This document shows, one piece after another, positions 30,165 to 41,066 of a stretch of DNA of 64,000 nt. The DNA is taken from positions 1 through 64,000 of the forward strand of contig CBDANQ010000060.1 of assembly GCA_965197725.1 (NCBI GenBank). The letters run 5' to 3'. Made by a program: the position numbers and the translations under genes. How positions within the stretch are numbered: position 1 is the first letter of the stretch; every line of letters starts with the position of its first letter. This DNA comes from Longimicrobiales bacterium (GTDB lineage Bacteria; Gemmatimonadota; Gemmatimonadetes; Longimicrobiales; Gaopeijiaceae). The notes beneath the pieces were generated by a model. It did not search any database, was not told the origin of the DNA, and worked only from the letters and a program-made list of their open reading frames with translations.

Positions 30165-31722
30165 CGATCCGCCGACCGGCTCCGGCCGGGCAGCCCGCGC
30201 TGCCACCAGGGTAGGCGCGGGCATCTTTTTGAGCCGCCTCCTCGGCTTCGTGCGCATGCGGCTCGAGGCGCATTTTTTCGGGAGTAGCGACTTCGCGGAT
30301 GCGTGGCGTACGGCGCTACGACTGCCCAACGCGCTGCGCAACCTGATGGGCGAAGGAACGCTCTCGGCGTCCATGGTGCCGGTCTATTCCGAGTTCCTGA
30401 AGCAGGGGAGGCACGAAGAGGCGAAGCGATTCGCGGGGGCGGTGCTTGGCATCGTCGCGGTCGTGGCGGCCGCTGTGGTGCTACTCGGCGAGATCATTGC
30501 GTCGCCCATGGTCCACGTCTTCTTTCCCCGCTGGTCCCAGGAGAAGCAGGACCTCACCGTCACCCTGGTCCGCATTCTCTTCCCCATGAGCGGCATCCTA
30601 GTTGTCTCGGCGTGGGCGATGGGGGTCCTCGACAGTCACCGCCGGTTCTTCGTGTCGTACGTAGCGCCGGTTTTCTGGAACATCGCGTTGATTTCGGCGC
30701 TGGTGGCCGGAGGCTTCTATTGGGGTCTTGGGCAGCGCAACCTCGTAGTCGTGCTCGCGTGGGGAGCGCTCATCGGCGGCGGCGTGCAACTGGCCGTGCA
30801 GGCCCCGTTCGTGCTCCGACGCCTGAGCGGCCTCCATCCGTCTCTGGGCCGAGGCGTGGCCGGCGTGCCAGAGGCGATCCGCAATTTCGGCCCCGTGGTA
30901 GCGGCTCGCGGCGTGGTCAATGTGAGCAGTTTTCTCGAGACCGTGCTGGCCGGGCTGCTCGCCAACGGGGCAGTGGCGGTCCTGGGGTACGCACAGACGT
31001 TCTACGTGCTGCCGATCTCTCTCTTCGGGATCAGCGTCGCCGCTTCCGAGCTTCCCGAGCTGTCCCGCATGCGCGGCGATGACAGTGAGGTGCTCGCTGC
31101 CCGTGTGGCGGCCGCTCTGGGGCGGGTCGCGTACTTCCTCATCCCGTCGGCGATCGGCTATCTCGCTCTCGGGGACGTGGTGATCGCGGCGCTATTCGAG
31201 ACCGGCGAGTTTGGGTCGGTCGAGACGCTGGTGACGTGGGGCGTGCTGGCAGCGTTCGCGCTCGGCCTGCCGGCATCGGCGTGCTCCCGAGCTCTCTCTT
31301 CGGTGTTCTACGCACTGCGCGACACGAGAACGCCGGCTCGAATCGCATACGTGCGTGTGGCAGCGTCGATCGTCATCGGGGTGATCGCCATGATCCCGCT
31401 GGATCGATACGGCTTCTCGGGATTACGTCTCGGCGCCGTGGGACTCGCCCTGGGCACGTCCTGCGCCGCGTGGCTCGAGTTCGTGATGTTGCGCCGCGCC
31501 CTGGGCCGAAAGATCGGAGCGCACGGACCGGGCGCGCGGCCGATCGTGCGGCTCACGCTCGCCGCTTCGCTCGCCGCGGCGCTCGGCGTCGCGCTACAGC
31601 TGATCTTGCCGCCGGCGCAACCGTGGATCGTCGCGCTTGAAACGCTGCTTCCGTTCGGGGTACTCTACCTGGTCGCTACGGCGCTGCTGGGGCAGGGGAT
31701 GAACCTCAGTCGTTCCACGTAG
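30148..31722 (+). CDS. murJ: Lipid II flippase MurJ (MviN)
   Basis: SRLLGFVR, RLPN.LR.L.GEG.LS, multiple TM helices. Confidence 0.93.
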   Translation: MTTPTDDPPTGSGRAARAATRVGAGIFLSRLLGFVRMRLEAHFFGSSDFADAWRTALRLPNALRNLMGEGTLSASMVPVYSEFLKQGRHEEAKRFAGAVLGIVAVVAAAVVLLGEIIASPMVHVFFPRWSQEKQDLTVTLVRILFPMSGILVVSAWAMGVLDSHRRFFVSYVAPVFWNIALISALVAGGFYWGLGQRNLVVVLAWGALIGGGVQLAVQAPFVLRRLSGLHPSLGRGVAGVPEAIRNFGPVVAARGVVNVSSFLETVLAGLLANGAVAVLGYAQTFYVLPISLFGISVAASELPELSRMRGDDSEVLAARVAAALGRVAYFLIPSAIGYLALGDVVIAALFETGEFGSVETLVTWGVLAAFALGLPASACSRALSSVFYALRDTRTPARIAYVRVAASIVIGVIAMIPLDRYGFSGLRLGAVGLALGTSCAAWLEFVMLRRALGRKIGAHGPGARPIVRLTLAASLAAALGVALQLILPPAQPWIVALETLLPFGVLYLVATALLGQGMNLSRST

Positions 31723-31780
31723 TAGGCGTCGGCCGGCGGTACCAGACGGGCCGCCAACGACCACTCCACGGAGCACCGCT

Positions 31781-33607
31781 GTGCCGGTCGATACTGACAC
31801 TTTGCGCGCACTCTCGACGAAGCCCGGCGTCTACCTGTTCAAGGACGCCAAGGAAGGCGTGCTGTACGTGGGCAAGGCGAAGGCTCTGCGTAGCCGCGTC
31901 CGCAGCTACTTCCGGCGCGAGGCGGACCTGAGCGCCAAGAATCGCGAGCTGGTCCGGCTCATCGAGAGCGTCGACACGCTCGTGGTCGGCACGGAGGCCG
32001 AAGCGCTCATCCTCGAGGCCAACCTCATCAAGGAGCATCGGCCGCGCTTCAACATCCTCATGAGGGACGACAAGAAGTACCCGTACATCAAGGTCACCGT
32101 GAAGGAGCCGTTCCCGCGCGTGTACGTGACTCGGGCTCTGGTGAGCGACGGTTCGCGGTACTTCGGTCCGTACACGTCGGTGGGCCCCATGCGACAGGCG
32201 CTCGAGGTCGTGAATCGACTGCATACCGTGCGCTCTTGCCGCTACAACTTGCCGAAGGATAGACCCGACCGACCGTGTCTCGACTACCACATCGGACGGT
32301 GCATGGCGCCCTGCGTCGGCCTGCAGAGCGAAGCCGACTATCGCAGAATGACGGACGACATCCTGCGCATCCTCGAGGGCGACACCGAGCAGCTCAGGGG
32401 TGACGTGGAGATGCGAATGCGTGAGGCGTCGGCGGCGCTCGACTTCGAGCGTGCCGCGCGCATGCGTGACGTGCTAACCGGTCTGGATACGCTCGCCAAG
32501 GAACAGCGGGTGCACCGCGCCCAAGGGGGGGACCTGGACATCGTCGGCCTGGCGCGAGACGGCGACCTCGGCGCTGGCGTCGTGCTCAAGGTGCGCTCTG
32601 GGCTTCTGCTCGGTCGCGACGCGCAGCGATTCGCCAAGATTGGGGACGAGTCCGAAGCGGACTTGTTGAGCTCGCTCGTTTCCAGGCACTACCTGGGCGC
32701 GGGAGACGCGGGGTTGGTCGATCTGCCGAGACACGTGCTGCTGCCTCATGAGCTCGAAGATCGTGCGTTGCTCGCGGAGATCCTCACGGAGGGCGCGGGC
32801 CGTCAGGTCGCAGTCACCGTGCCTCGGAGGGGCGAGAAGCTGCGCCTGATCGAGTTGGCGGAGGAGAATGCGCGCCAGGTGCTCGAGGACCGCGTCGCGT
32901 CGCTCACGTACGGCGCGGATCGGGCTGAGGACGCGCTCTTCAGCCTCCAGGACGAGCTCGACCTCAAAGTGGTGCCCCGGCTCATGGTGTGTTTCGATAT
33001 TTCACACATCCAGGGCTCGGAGACCGTAGGCAGTGCGGTGGTCTTCGAGAACGGGGAGCCGCGCCGCGCCGCGTATCGCCACATGCGCATCAAGGGGAAT
33101 CGGGGGAACGACGACTTCGCGTCCATGGAAGAGGCGGTCCGCCGGTACTTCCGGCGCCGTCGGGACGAGGACAAGCCGTTGCCCGATCTGGCCGTCATCG
33201 ATGGCGGAAAGGGTCAGTTGAGCGCGGCGGTGAGCGCCCTGGCTTCGCTCGAGCTGGAGGATGTGGCGGTCATCGCGCTCGCGAAGAGGGAGGAGGAGGT
33301 CTTTGTGCCCGGGAGCTCGAGGCCCGTCTTGCTGGACCGGAGAAACCGCGCGCTCCACTTGCTTCAGCGCATCCGGGACGAAGCTCACCGATTCGCGGTG
33401 CGCTACAACCGAAAGCTCCGCCGCAAGCGCACTATTCGCAGCGAGCTCGGCGACATTCCGGGCATTGGGCCCCAGCGCCAGAGGGTTCTGCTGCGCCGCT
33501 TTGGATCCGTAAAGAGCCTGCGTCAAGCGACCCGGGACGAAATCGCTCGCATCCCGGGCTTCTCCGAAGCGCTCGCGAGCCGCGTCTTGACCTATCTTGG
33601 ACGGTAA
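31781..33607 (+). CDS. uvrC: Excinuclease ABC subunit C
   Basis: GIY-YIG N-terminus, CFDISH, IDGGKGQL, RDEAHRFA and HhH. Confidence 0.97.
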   Translation: MPVDTDTLRALSTKPGVYLFKDAKEGVLYVGKAKALRSRVRSYFRREADLSAKNRELVRLIESVDTLVVGTEAEALILEANLIKEHRPRFNILMRDDKKYPYIKVTVKEPFPRVYVTRALVSDGSRYFGPYTSVGPMRQALEVVNRLHTVRSCRYNLPKDRPDRPCLDYHIGRCMAPCVGLQSEADYRRMTDDILRILEGDTEQLRGDVEMRMREASAALDFERAARMRDVLTGLDTLAKEQRVHRAQGGDLDIVGLARDGDLGAGVVLKVRSGLLLGRDAQRFAKIGDESEADLLSSLVSRHYLGAGDAGLVDLPRHVLLPHELEDRALLAEILTEGAGRQVAVTVPRRGEKLRLIELAEENARQVLEDRVASLTYGADRAEDALFSLQDELDLKVVPRLMVCFDISHIQGSETVGSAVVFENGEPRRAAYRHMRIKGNRGNDDFASMEEAVRRYFRRRRDEDKPLPDLAVIDGGKGQLSAAVSALASLELEDVAVIALAKREEEVFVPGSSRPVLLDRRNRALHLLQRIRDEAHRFAVRYNRKLRRKRTIRSELGDIPGIGPQRQRVLLRRFGSVKSLRQATRDEIARIPGFSEALASRVLTYLGR

Positions 33608-35054
33608 CGTGACCGTACGCACCCGCTTCGCCCCGAGCCCGACCGGCCGTTTGCACCTCGGCAACGTTCGAGCCGCGGCCTTCAACTGGCTGTTCGCGCG
33701 TCGCCACGGCGGGGTCTTCATCCTGCGCATCGAAGACACGGACACCGAGCGCAACGTCGTTGAAAGCGAGCTGGGCATCCTGGACGATCTGCGCTGGCTG
33801 GGCCTCGACTGGGACGAGGGGCCGGCTGTCGGCGGACCTCACGGGCCGTACCGTCAGAGTGGACGGGCCGAGCCGCATGCCGCGGCGGTCGAGAGGCTGA
33901 TCGCCTCGGCACGCGCCTACCCATGCTTTTGCGCGGAGCAGGCGCACGACGCCGCCGCAGGCGCGGACCGGCTCGCGCGTCGCTACGCGGGCACGTGTCG
34001 GCGTCTGTCGGCTCAAGAGCGGGCTTTCCGACTGGAGTCGGGCGAGGATTACGTGATCCGTTTCGCGGTTCCGGAAGACCTCGATCATGTCGAGATCGTG
34101 GACGAGATCTTCGGTCCTATCTCGTTTCCCACCAGTGACATAGACGATTTTGTGCTCAGGCGGACGGACGGACGGGTCACGTACAATTTCGGCGTAGTGG
34201 TGGATGACATCGACATGGAGATCACACACGTGATTCGAGGCGTCGGTCACCTGTCGAACACGCCGAAGCAGTTCCTGCTCTTCCAGGCGTTCGGAGGATC
34301 GGCGCCGAAGTTCGCGCACCTTCCCACCGTGCTTGGGTCCGACGGTCGCAAGCTGTCCAAACGGGAGGGCGCGACCGCAGTCGCCGAGCTGCGGAGCCGG
34401 GGTTTTCCTCCGGACGCCGTGCTCAACTACTTGTCGCTGCTCGGCTGGTCGCATCCGGAGGAAAAGGAGGTGCTGACCCGTTCTGAGCTCGTGCAGGCGA
34501 TGTCTCTCGATCGCGTCGGGAAGAGCGATACGCAGATGGATGCCGAGAAGCTACTGTGGGTTTCCCAGCAGCACTTGGCGCTCGAGAGCCTGGAGGAGCT
34601 GACGGCCCACGTCGGGCAGTTCATTGACCGAGACCGCTTCCCGGGCCTAGGCGCCGATGCGTCGCCGGCAGTCGACGCCCTGCGCACGCGACTTTCCACC
34701 TACGGTGACATCAACGACCACCTCGGGCTGCTCTTCGCCGGGGACGAGGCCGCCGCCGCGTCCATTCGGGCTGAGGTGGGGGCCGACCCGCAGGCGCGCG
34801 CGGTGCTCTCCGCCGTGCGCGGGCGGCTCGAAGCCGTAGAGAGCTGGGAGGCCGAAGCGCTCGGCGATGCGATCAGGGCCGGAGGGGGCGATGCGGGGGC
34901 GGGTGGAGCCAGTCTCTACCATCCTTTGAGGCTCGTGCTCATCGGCTCGGAGAAGGGCCCGGACCTCGGCAAGATCCTTGCAGGGGTTGGAATGACCGAA
35001 GCGTTTCGTCGTATAGATGAGGCGTTGAGAAAGGGCAACGCGCACGCTAGCTGA
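33597..35054 (+). CDS. gltX: Glutamate--tRNA ligase
   Basis: RFAPSPTG.LHLGN, KLSKR and anticodon-binding domain. Start may be the GTG at 33609. Confidence 0.93.
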   Translation: MDGNVTVRTRFAPSPTGRLHLGNVRAAAFNWLFARRHGGVFILRIEDTDTERNVVESELGILDDLRWLGLDWDEGPAVGGPHGPYRQSGRAEPHAAAVERLIASARAYPCFCAEQAHDAAAGADRLARRYAGTCRRLSAQERAFRLESGEDYVIRFAVPEDLDHVEIVDEIFGPISFPTSDIDDFVLRRTDGRVTYNFGVVVDDIDMEITHVIRGVGHLSNTPKQFLLFQAFGGSAPKFAHLPTVLGSDGRKLSKREGATAVAELRSRGFPPDAVLNYLSLLGWSHPEEKEVLTRSELVQAMSLDRVGKSDTQMDAEKLLWVSQQHLALESLEELTAHVGQFIDRDRFPGLGADASPAVDALRTRLSTYGDINDHLGLLFAGDEAAAASIRAEVGADPQARAVLSAVRGRLEAVESWEAEALGDAIRAGGGDAGAGGASLYHPLRLVLIGSEKGPDLGKILAGVGMTEAFRRIDEALRKGNAHAS

Positions 35055-35163
35055 GGAGCGGGAGAATTCGCGTTTCGGCGGGGCCTTGGCGGGCTTTTTG
35101 TGGTCCTCTACTTTATTCGGTCAGTATATCGTTACGTGTTTGACCCCAATGGAGGATCCCCGG

Positions 35164-36603
35164 ATGAAGATCCGTCTCGGACTCGTCCTGACGCTGGCCT
35201 TTGGTCTCGGACTAACTGGTTGTGCTTCTGGTGGCGGAGGTGGCGGAGGTGGCGGTGCCGCGCCGTCCGGCCCGTCAACGCCCGGTGGCGCGGCTCTCGC
35301 CCAGGGCGAGAGTCCTCGTGAGACTGAGAACACACGCGCAGCGCAGCGTCATTTGGATGCCGGCAACGACGCGGACGACCCGGGCGAGGCCCGACTGCAC
35401 TTCGAGCAGGGGCTCACGGCCGCCATGGCGGCGATCGCCGAGGACGGCGGCAACCCTCTGGCTCACCGTCAGGCTGCGCTGGCGAGTCTCGCCCTCGAGA
35501 ACTACCAGGACGCGGGCACTCACTTCGACCACGCCGCCGAGCTGCGTCCGCTATACGAGTTCGAGGATGAGAGCATCCGTGAGCGTGCTTGGATCGGTCT
35601 ATACCAGGAAGGGATTCCTCTCGTGAACTCGGGTGACTACGAAGGTGCGGCCTCCATCTTCGAGGACGCCAACGGGATCTATTCTGCGCGGCCCGAGATC
35701 ATGTTCACTCTGGCCCAGCTCCATGCGCAGCTGGGCAACCACGACGCGGCTCTAGAGAACATCGCGTCCGCTCTCGCGATCATGAATTCGGAGAAAATCG
35801 CGGAGATGGACTCCACGACCGCCGCCAGTTGGCGGGGGCAGGCGGCCGGCCTGCCGATGCTGCGGGCTCAGATCTTCTATGATGCAGACCGTTTTGAAGA
35901 AGCCGCAGAGGCGTACCGGGGGCTCGTCGCGAGGAATCCCGATGATGTGCTCGCCGCACGCGGCCTCGCCGACGTCCTCATGGAAATGGGAGACGAGGCG
36001 GGGGCGTTCGCCGAGTACGAGAAGCTCCTGGCGCGTCCGAATCTGAGCGCCACCGACTTTTACAGTATCGGCGTCGGCTTGTATAACGGTAGCAACTACG
36101 CGCGCGCGGCCCAGGCCTTCGAGGGTGCGGCGACGCGCAACGTCAAGGACCGCGACGCGCTCGAGATGTGGGTGAGGTCGCTCCAGCTGGACTCGGCCTA
36201 CGTGGAGATCCCGGCTGTGGGTGACCGCTGGGTCGAGCTCGACCCGTACAGCCAGACCGGCTACCTGCTTATGGCCCAGGCGGTGAACCAGAACGGTGAC
36301 GGGGACCGGGCTCGGGAGCTCATCGCCGCGATCGACGCGCTCGAGGTCGAATTGTCCGACCTGCAGATCACGCGCTTCGCCACCGGTGGCGCACAAGTAA
36401 CCGGATCGGTGGCCAACAAGACGCTCGATCAGGGTGCGACGGTGACGTTGACCTTCACGTTCTATACCGCCGCCGGTGACGCGATGGGTACGCTAACCCA
36501 CGAGGTCACGGTGGGCGGAGAGGGCATGAGGGAGGTCTTCCAGCTGGAGTACAGCACCGGGGACGAGGTGGGCGGATACGGCTACACGCTGTCGATCGGC
36601 TGA
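35164..36603 (+). CDS. TPR-repeat lipoprotein
   Basis: Lipobox LTGC, poly-Gly linker, TPR-like helices and a beta-rich C-terminal domain. Confidence 0.8.
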   Translation: MKIRLGLVLTLAFGLGLTGCASGGGGGGGGGAAPSGPSTPGGAALAQGESPRETENTRAAQRHLDAGNDADDPGEARLHFEQGLTAAMAAIAEDGGNPLAHRQAALASLALENYQDAGTHFDHAAELRPLYEFEDESIRERAWIGLYQEGIPLVNSGDYEGAASIFEDANGIYSARPEIMFTLAQLHAQLGNHDAALENIASALAIMNSEKIAEMDSTTAASWRGQAAGLPMLRAQIFYDADRFEEAAEAYRGLVARNPDDVLAARGLADVLMEMGDEAGAFAEYEKLLARPNLSATDFYSIGVGLYNGSNYARAAQAFEGAATRNVKDRDALEMWVRSLQLDSAYVEIPAVGDRWVELDPYSQTGYLLMAQAVNQNGDGDRARELIAAIDALEVELSDLQITRFATGGAQVTGSVANKTLDQGATVTLTFTFYTAAGDAMGTLTHEVTVGGEGMREVFQLEYSTGDEVGGYGYTLSIG

Positions 36604-36659
36604 TCGCTGGCTGGCGCAAAGACGCCGAGCGGGCGGTCCGGTGATCCGGGCCGCCCCAA

Positions 36660-36732
36660 GCGGGAGTAGCTCAGTTGGTAGAGCATCAGCTTCCCAAGCT
36701 GAGGGTCGCCGGTTCGAACCCGGTCTCCCGCT
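36660..36732 (+). tRNA. tRNA-Gly(CCC), copy 1
   Basis: Cloverleaf GCGGGAG..., anticodon arm TCAGC-TTCCCAA-GCTGA, T-loop GGTTCGAACC; CCA not encoded. Confidence 0.96.
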
Positions 36733-36744
36733 CTGTGGTAAAGC

Positions 36745-36780
36745 AAGGCCCTCCAAGGACTTAGAGCCTTGGGGGGCTTT
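36745..36780 (+). terminator. Hairpin after tRNA-Gly copy 1
   Basis: AAGGCCCTCCAAGG / CCTTGGGGGGCTTT. Confidence 0.65.
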
Positions 36781-36858
36781 CGTGGTAACAGATTAGGCTG
36801 AAGGTCGGTGTCAATGGTGGTGTCACAAAAGGGCTAGTCGGTCGGCCACTTTGTCGCG

Positions 36859-37074
36859 ATGGGCCTCGATCACTTCAACGAGCTCGCGGATCAAACGGAT
36901 CTCGATGAGCAGGAGGGCATGATGCATCTGTTCGAGGGAGCGGCCCTTGGCATCAGGAATCCCGGTGGCCACTCCTTTCCCGAAGGTCCCGAGCAGCGTG
37001 CGCTCGCGTACCTCGAACTGCTGAGCCTTCTGGCATACCGGACCGAGGAAGCGAAGCGCGTACGATCCAATTAG
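36859..37074 (+). pseudogene. C-terminal fragment of a TIGR02391 (Ymh-like) protein
   Basis: DEQEGMMHLFEGA..GIRNP..H motif; N-terminus missing. Confidence 0.65.
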
Positions 37075-37099
37075 CATCGGCAGCGGCCTAACAAGCGTA

Positions 37100-37282
37100 T
37101 CTGGACATCTCCCCCTTCGGGCAGGGATGGATGTCGTCGATCAGCTCTTTTCGGGCTACGGAGACACTCCGGTTCAGCAGAACATCGCGACCCAGGGCAA
37201 CGCGTACCTGACGAAGGACTTCCCTAACCTCGACCACGTGGAACGAGCCAGCATCGTCTTGCCCGCCATGGGGGGCCTATAA
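37100..37282 (+). pseudogene. C-terminal fragment of a cyclophilin-type peptidyl-prolyl isomerase
   Basis: SPFGQ, then out of frame GMDVVDQLFSGYG...QGNAYLTKDFPNLDHV. Confidence 0.7.
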
Positions 37283-37357
37283 CGAGCCATCCCTGAGAGG
37301 CCTCATCCCCGTACTCAACCTATCGGATGACCGCTAAACTCCGCTCCCCCGCCCCCA

Positions 37358-37480
37358 AGGAGACGGCATTTCCATCGCCATCCACGACCGAGTGGTGCGT
37401 GGTCTCGGGGCTCTCGATCGGGGGTGGCTCGCCCGTACCGGGAGTGATCTCACTTGTGGCAGCCGCCTGATCCAACAAGG
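37358..37480 (-). pseudogene. Internal fragment of gamma-glutamyltransferase
   Basis: ESPETTHHSVVDGDGNAVS resembles the GGT autoprocessing site (TTH.S.VD..GNAVS). Confidence 0.65.
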
Positions 37481-37505
37481 CGGGACCGCTACGGGTCAAT
37501 TGGGC

Positions 37506-39852
37506 ATGATGAACCCCCGCGAGTCGTCTGTGCCCTGGACCGCGGTCGTTGCCCTGTTCGCGGCAACGGTGATACCCACGTGCACCCGCGGGCTGGTTGC
37601 CCAGACGCTGACCGGCACGGGGAGCGAACAGCTCCAGGTCGAAGGCCCCACCCCACCCCGGGCGCCCGAGGTCATCAACCGCGACAGCCTGGGCAACGCC
37701 ACGGTCCGGGCGATTCGGCTGACTCAGCCATTCCACCTCGATGGCGAACTGGACGAACCTTTCTACGAGGCGACCCCCTCGTTCTCGGATTTCATCCAGA
37801 GCGTACCGGATGAGGGAGCGCCCGCGACCGAGCGCACGGAGGCATGGATTTGGTTCGACGACGAAAACGTGTATGTGTCCGCGCGCGTGTGGGACTCCGC
37901 GCCCGAGAGCGAGTGGGTGGCGAACGAATTGCGGCGCGACGGCGCTCAGGTCCGGTCGAACGACCACTTCGGCGTGATCTTCGACACCTTTTACGATCGT
38001 CGCAACGGGGTGTTTTTCTACACCAATCCCCTCGGTGCGCTGACCGACCTCGCGATCGCGAACGAGCGAGATGCGAACCGCGACTGGAACCCGGTCTGGG
38101 ACGTGAGAACAGGTCGCTTCGAGGGCGGATGGACAGTGGAGATGCGGATCCCCTTCAAGTCGCTCCGGTACCGACCCGGCCTTCAGCAGGTATGGGGCGT
38201 GCAAATGAGACGGAACGTCGCTCGCAAGAACGAGACGAGCCATCTCACGTTCATCCCCAGGTCGGTGGCCAGCGGAGCTATGCGGATCTCGATGGGGGGC
38301 ACGCTGGTCGGGCTAAGAGGCGCCGCGCACGAGCCGGGTGTTCGAAGTCAAGCCGTATGGCATTTCCGGTCTCGACACCAACCTCACGGCCGATCCCCCA
38401 GTCCGGAACCATCTCGACGCTGACGCGGGGGTGGACCTCAAGATCGGCATCACCAACAATCTGACGGCAGATTTCACGCTCAACACCGAGTTCGCACAGG
38501 TCGAGGCGGACGAGCAGCAGGTCAACCTCACGCGGTTCAGCCTCTTCTTCCCCGAGAAGAGGGAGTTCTTTCTCGAAGGGCGAGGAATCTTCGGCTTCGC
38601 GGAACCCGCCACCGGCGGTGGCCGTCGCCGAGGCCGAGGCCGAGGCACCCCAGCCGCCGGAGTGAGCGCGCCCACGCTTTTCTTCAGCCGGCAAATCGGC
38701 TTCCAGGCAGGAGAGCCGGTGCCGATCCTCGGCGGCGGTCGAGTGACCGGGAAGGTGGGGTCCTTCGATGTCGGCGCGATGAGCATCCAAACGGACGACC
38801 TCCCAAGCACAGGCGCCGAATCCACGAATTTCTCGGTGCTACGGCTCCGTCGGGACATCCTCCGGAGGAGCAGCATCGGGGTCGTGTTGGAGAACCGATC
38901 GGAATCCACGCTCGCGCCGGGATCCAATCAGGTGTACGGAGTGGACGCCACGTTCTCGTTCTTCGACAACGTGAACTTGCTCACGTACTACGCCAAGACG
39001 GAAACCGAGGGGCTGACGGGCCCGGACCAGAGCTACCGGGGCCGCTTCAGCTACGGCGGGGACGTATGGGGGCTTCAGGTCGATCATCTTCTGGTAGGAG
39101 AGGACTTCAACCCGGAGCTCGGCTTCGTGCCGCGGAAGGGATTCCGACAGAGCTTCCTCTCCGGTCGGTACAGCCCGCGGCCGGCATCCATTGAGTGGAT
39201 CCGACAGGTGACCCTCCAGGCGCACATCAACTACGTGGAGAACGCCGAGGCGGGGTTCGTCGAGACCCGGGAGCGACAGGGAAGTTTCCGAACCGAATTC
39301 GAGAACAGCGACTTGTTCAACGCGGATTTCACCGACAGCTACGAGAACCTGACCGAGCCCTTCTCGATCGCGTCCGGCGTGACGATCCCCGTGGGCCGAT
39401 ACACCTTCCGTGACGTGCACCTGAGGTACGACTTCGGTGTCCAGCGCCCGTACTCGGGGAATCTCTCGGTGCGAAGAGGCAGCTTCTTCGGGGGCAACCG
39501 AACCTCGGTTGGGTTTCAGCAGGCCAGGATCGAAATCCTGCCTCAACTCTCCGTCGAGCCGAACGTCTCGTTCAACTGGGTCAACCTGCCCCAGGGCGAC
39601 TTTACTCAGCATGTCGTCGCGACGCGCGTCAGCTACAGCTTCTCGCCCCGCGTGTTTCTGAGCGGACTTATCCAGTACAGTACCAGTAGCGACAGCTTCA
39701 GCTCGAATCTGCGCCTGCGCTGGGAGTACGCCCCCGGCAGCGAGATCTTCGTCGTGTACACGGAAGAGCGCGATACGGACGTGTTCGACCGGTTCTCCGA
39801 GCTGTCCAACCGGGGGCTCGTGATCAAGGTGAACCGATTATTCCGCCTCTGA
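37506..39852 (+). pseudogene. CBM9-like/DUF5916 exported protein with a +1 frameshift
   Basis: LDGELDE, WTVEMRIPFKSLRY and FSLFFPEKREFFLEG. An extra A in GGGCTAAGAGG (~38315) splits ORFs 37392-38423 and 38338-39852; removing it gives GLEAPRTSRVFEVKPY. Confidence 0.8.
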
Positions 39853-40102
39853 CGAAGAGCGCGCGGGAGACACGGTGATCCGCTGCCACGCAGGCGGGGG
39901 CGACGCAAGACGTTTCTGAGCGCCCAAGCTGCGGTGGTGCGAACCATTTCCCGAAGCACCCCGAACGAGCGGTTTATCGAGCGTGTGACCCCGATCGGTG
40001 CGCTGCGACCAGCTCGACCGCCTCGTCGCGGGCTGGGCGGGGACGACGGTCGCGTCGTGAGGAGCCTGGAGTCAGGCCTGCCGGTGCTGGTCCTCGGGTG
40101 CG

Positions 40103-40430
40103 CTAGCGCTGGCCGCCGCGAAACGTCAGGTACTCCGGCTTCGTCTCCTCGAGGATCTCCCGGATCGCACTGCGATCGGCATCGCTCAGGTGCTCGAACT
40201 CCTCGCTGCGATCGTCGCCGTCGAGCACCGCACGAGAGCGCTCGTAGAGCGGGACCTTCACGACCTCCGGTAGGGCGGCGAACGCCTCCGAGTAGATCAG
40301 AAAGCTCAGCGGATAACGGAAGAGCCGGCTGTCCAGGTCGAAGTCCCTGAGTGAGCGCCCCCGTGAATCGACGGGTCCCCGTGCCGTGAAGTCGGCGGCG
40401 AAGCCCGACGTGCCCGCGATCGGTCCGCCC
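40103..40430 (-). pseudogene. C-terminal fragment of a conserved hypothetical protein
   Basis: Manual translation GPVDSRGRSLRDFDLDSRLFRYPLSFLIYSEAF...LSDADRSAIREILEETKP; preceded by an in-frame stop and has no start. Confidence 0.6.
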
Positions 40431-40878
40431 TACTCGAATGTAACCGCCGGAGTCCCGGCCCCCTCCGGGGGGTTGGCGGTCGGCTGTGCGAGCCTGTGGG
40501 TGGGCGTTCAGGCCCGCCACCCCGCGCGGCTTTCGCATGAATAGGCGTGTATGCTGCGAGATTATCTCAGGATTCTCCAGAAAATTGTGCGTGATATATG
40601 TGTTGCCCCCCTCAAAACTGCCCTACCGCCCGGCCCCTCGCCCACCTCCAGGTACCTGCGGTGCCCTTAAAGGGGGGGGGCTGGGGGGTGATGGTCGCGC
40701 TCGGGCCGGGGCTGATCGAGAGGGGGGACGGCCCACAGCTATCTCGCGGATCGCTCTTCGTGACCCGGCGGCGATTGAAGTATCTCGTTGTCACGGACGG
40801 TCGGACCACTGACGAGGGCGCGCGTCTGAGCCAAGACCACATACGGGTGCTCACCAGCCTTGATACGGGCCGCCCCAA

Positions 40879-40951
40879 GCGGGAGTAGCTCAGTTGGTAG
40901 AGCATCAGCTTCCCAAGCTGAGGGTCGCCGGTTCGAACCCGGTCTCCCGCT
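40879..40951 (+). tRNA. tRNA-Gly(CCC), copy 2 (identical to copy 1)
   Basis: 40866-40955 is identical to 36647-36736 (90 bp). Confidence 0.96.
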
Positions 40952-40963
40952 CTGTAGGAATAG

Positions 40964-40999
40964 AAGGTCCCCCAAGGACTTAGAGCCTTGAGGGGCCTT
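40964..40999 (+). terminator. Hairpin after tRNA-Gly copy 2
   Basis: AAGGTCCCCCAAGG / CCTTGAGGGGCCTT, a variant of the copy-1 hairpin. Confidence 0.6.
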
Positions 41000-41066
41000 G
41001 GGGCTCCTGGGCCCTTCCTGGCCTAACTGTGCCGGTTTCTGTGCCAGACCAGCCGAAAAAAAGGGG

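Noticed and set aside
5500..36600. Many long antisense and alternate-frame ORFs in the ORF track
   Set aside because: Expected shadow ORFs in high-GC coding DNA; no recognisable motifs.
40540..40700. AT-richer patch and G-run as a phage terminus or origin
   Set aside because: No phage or replication genes nearby; only the repeat similarity reported in findings is supportable.
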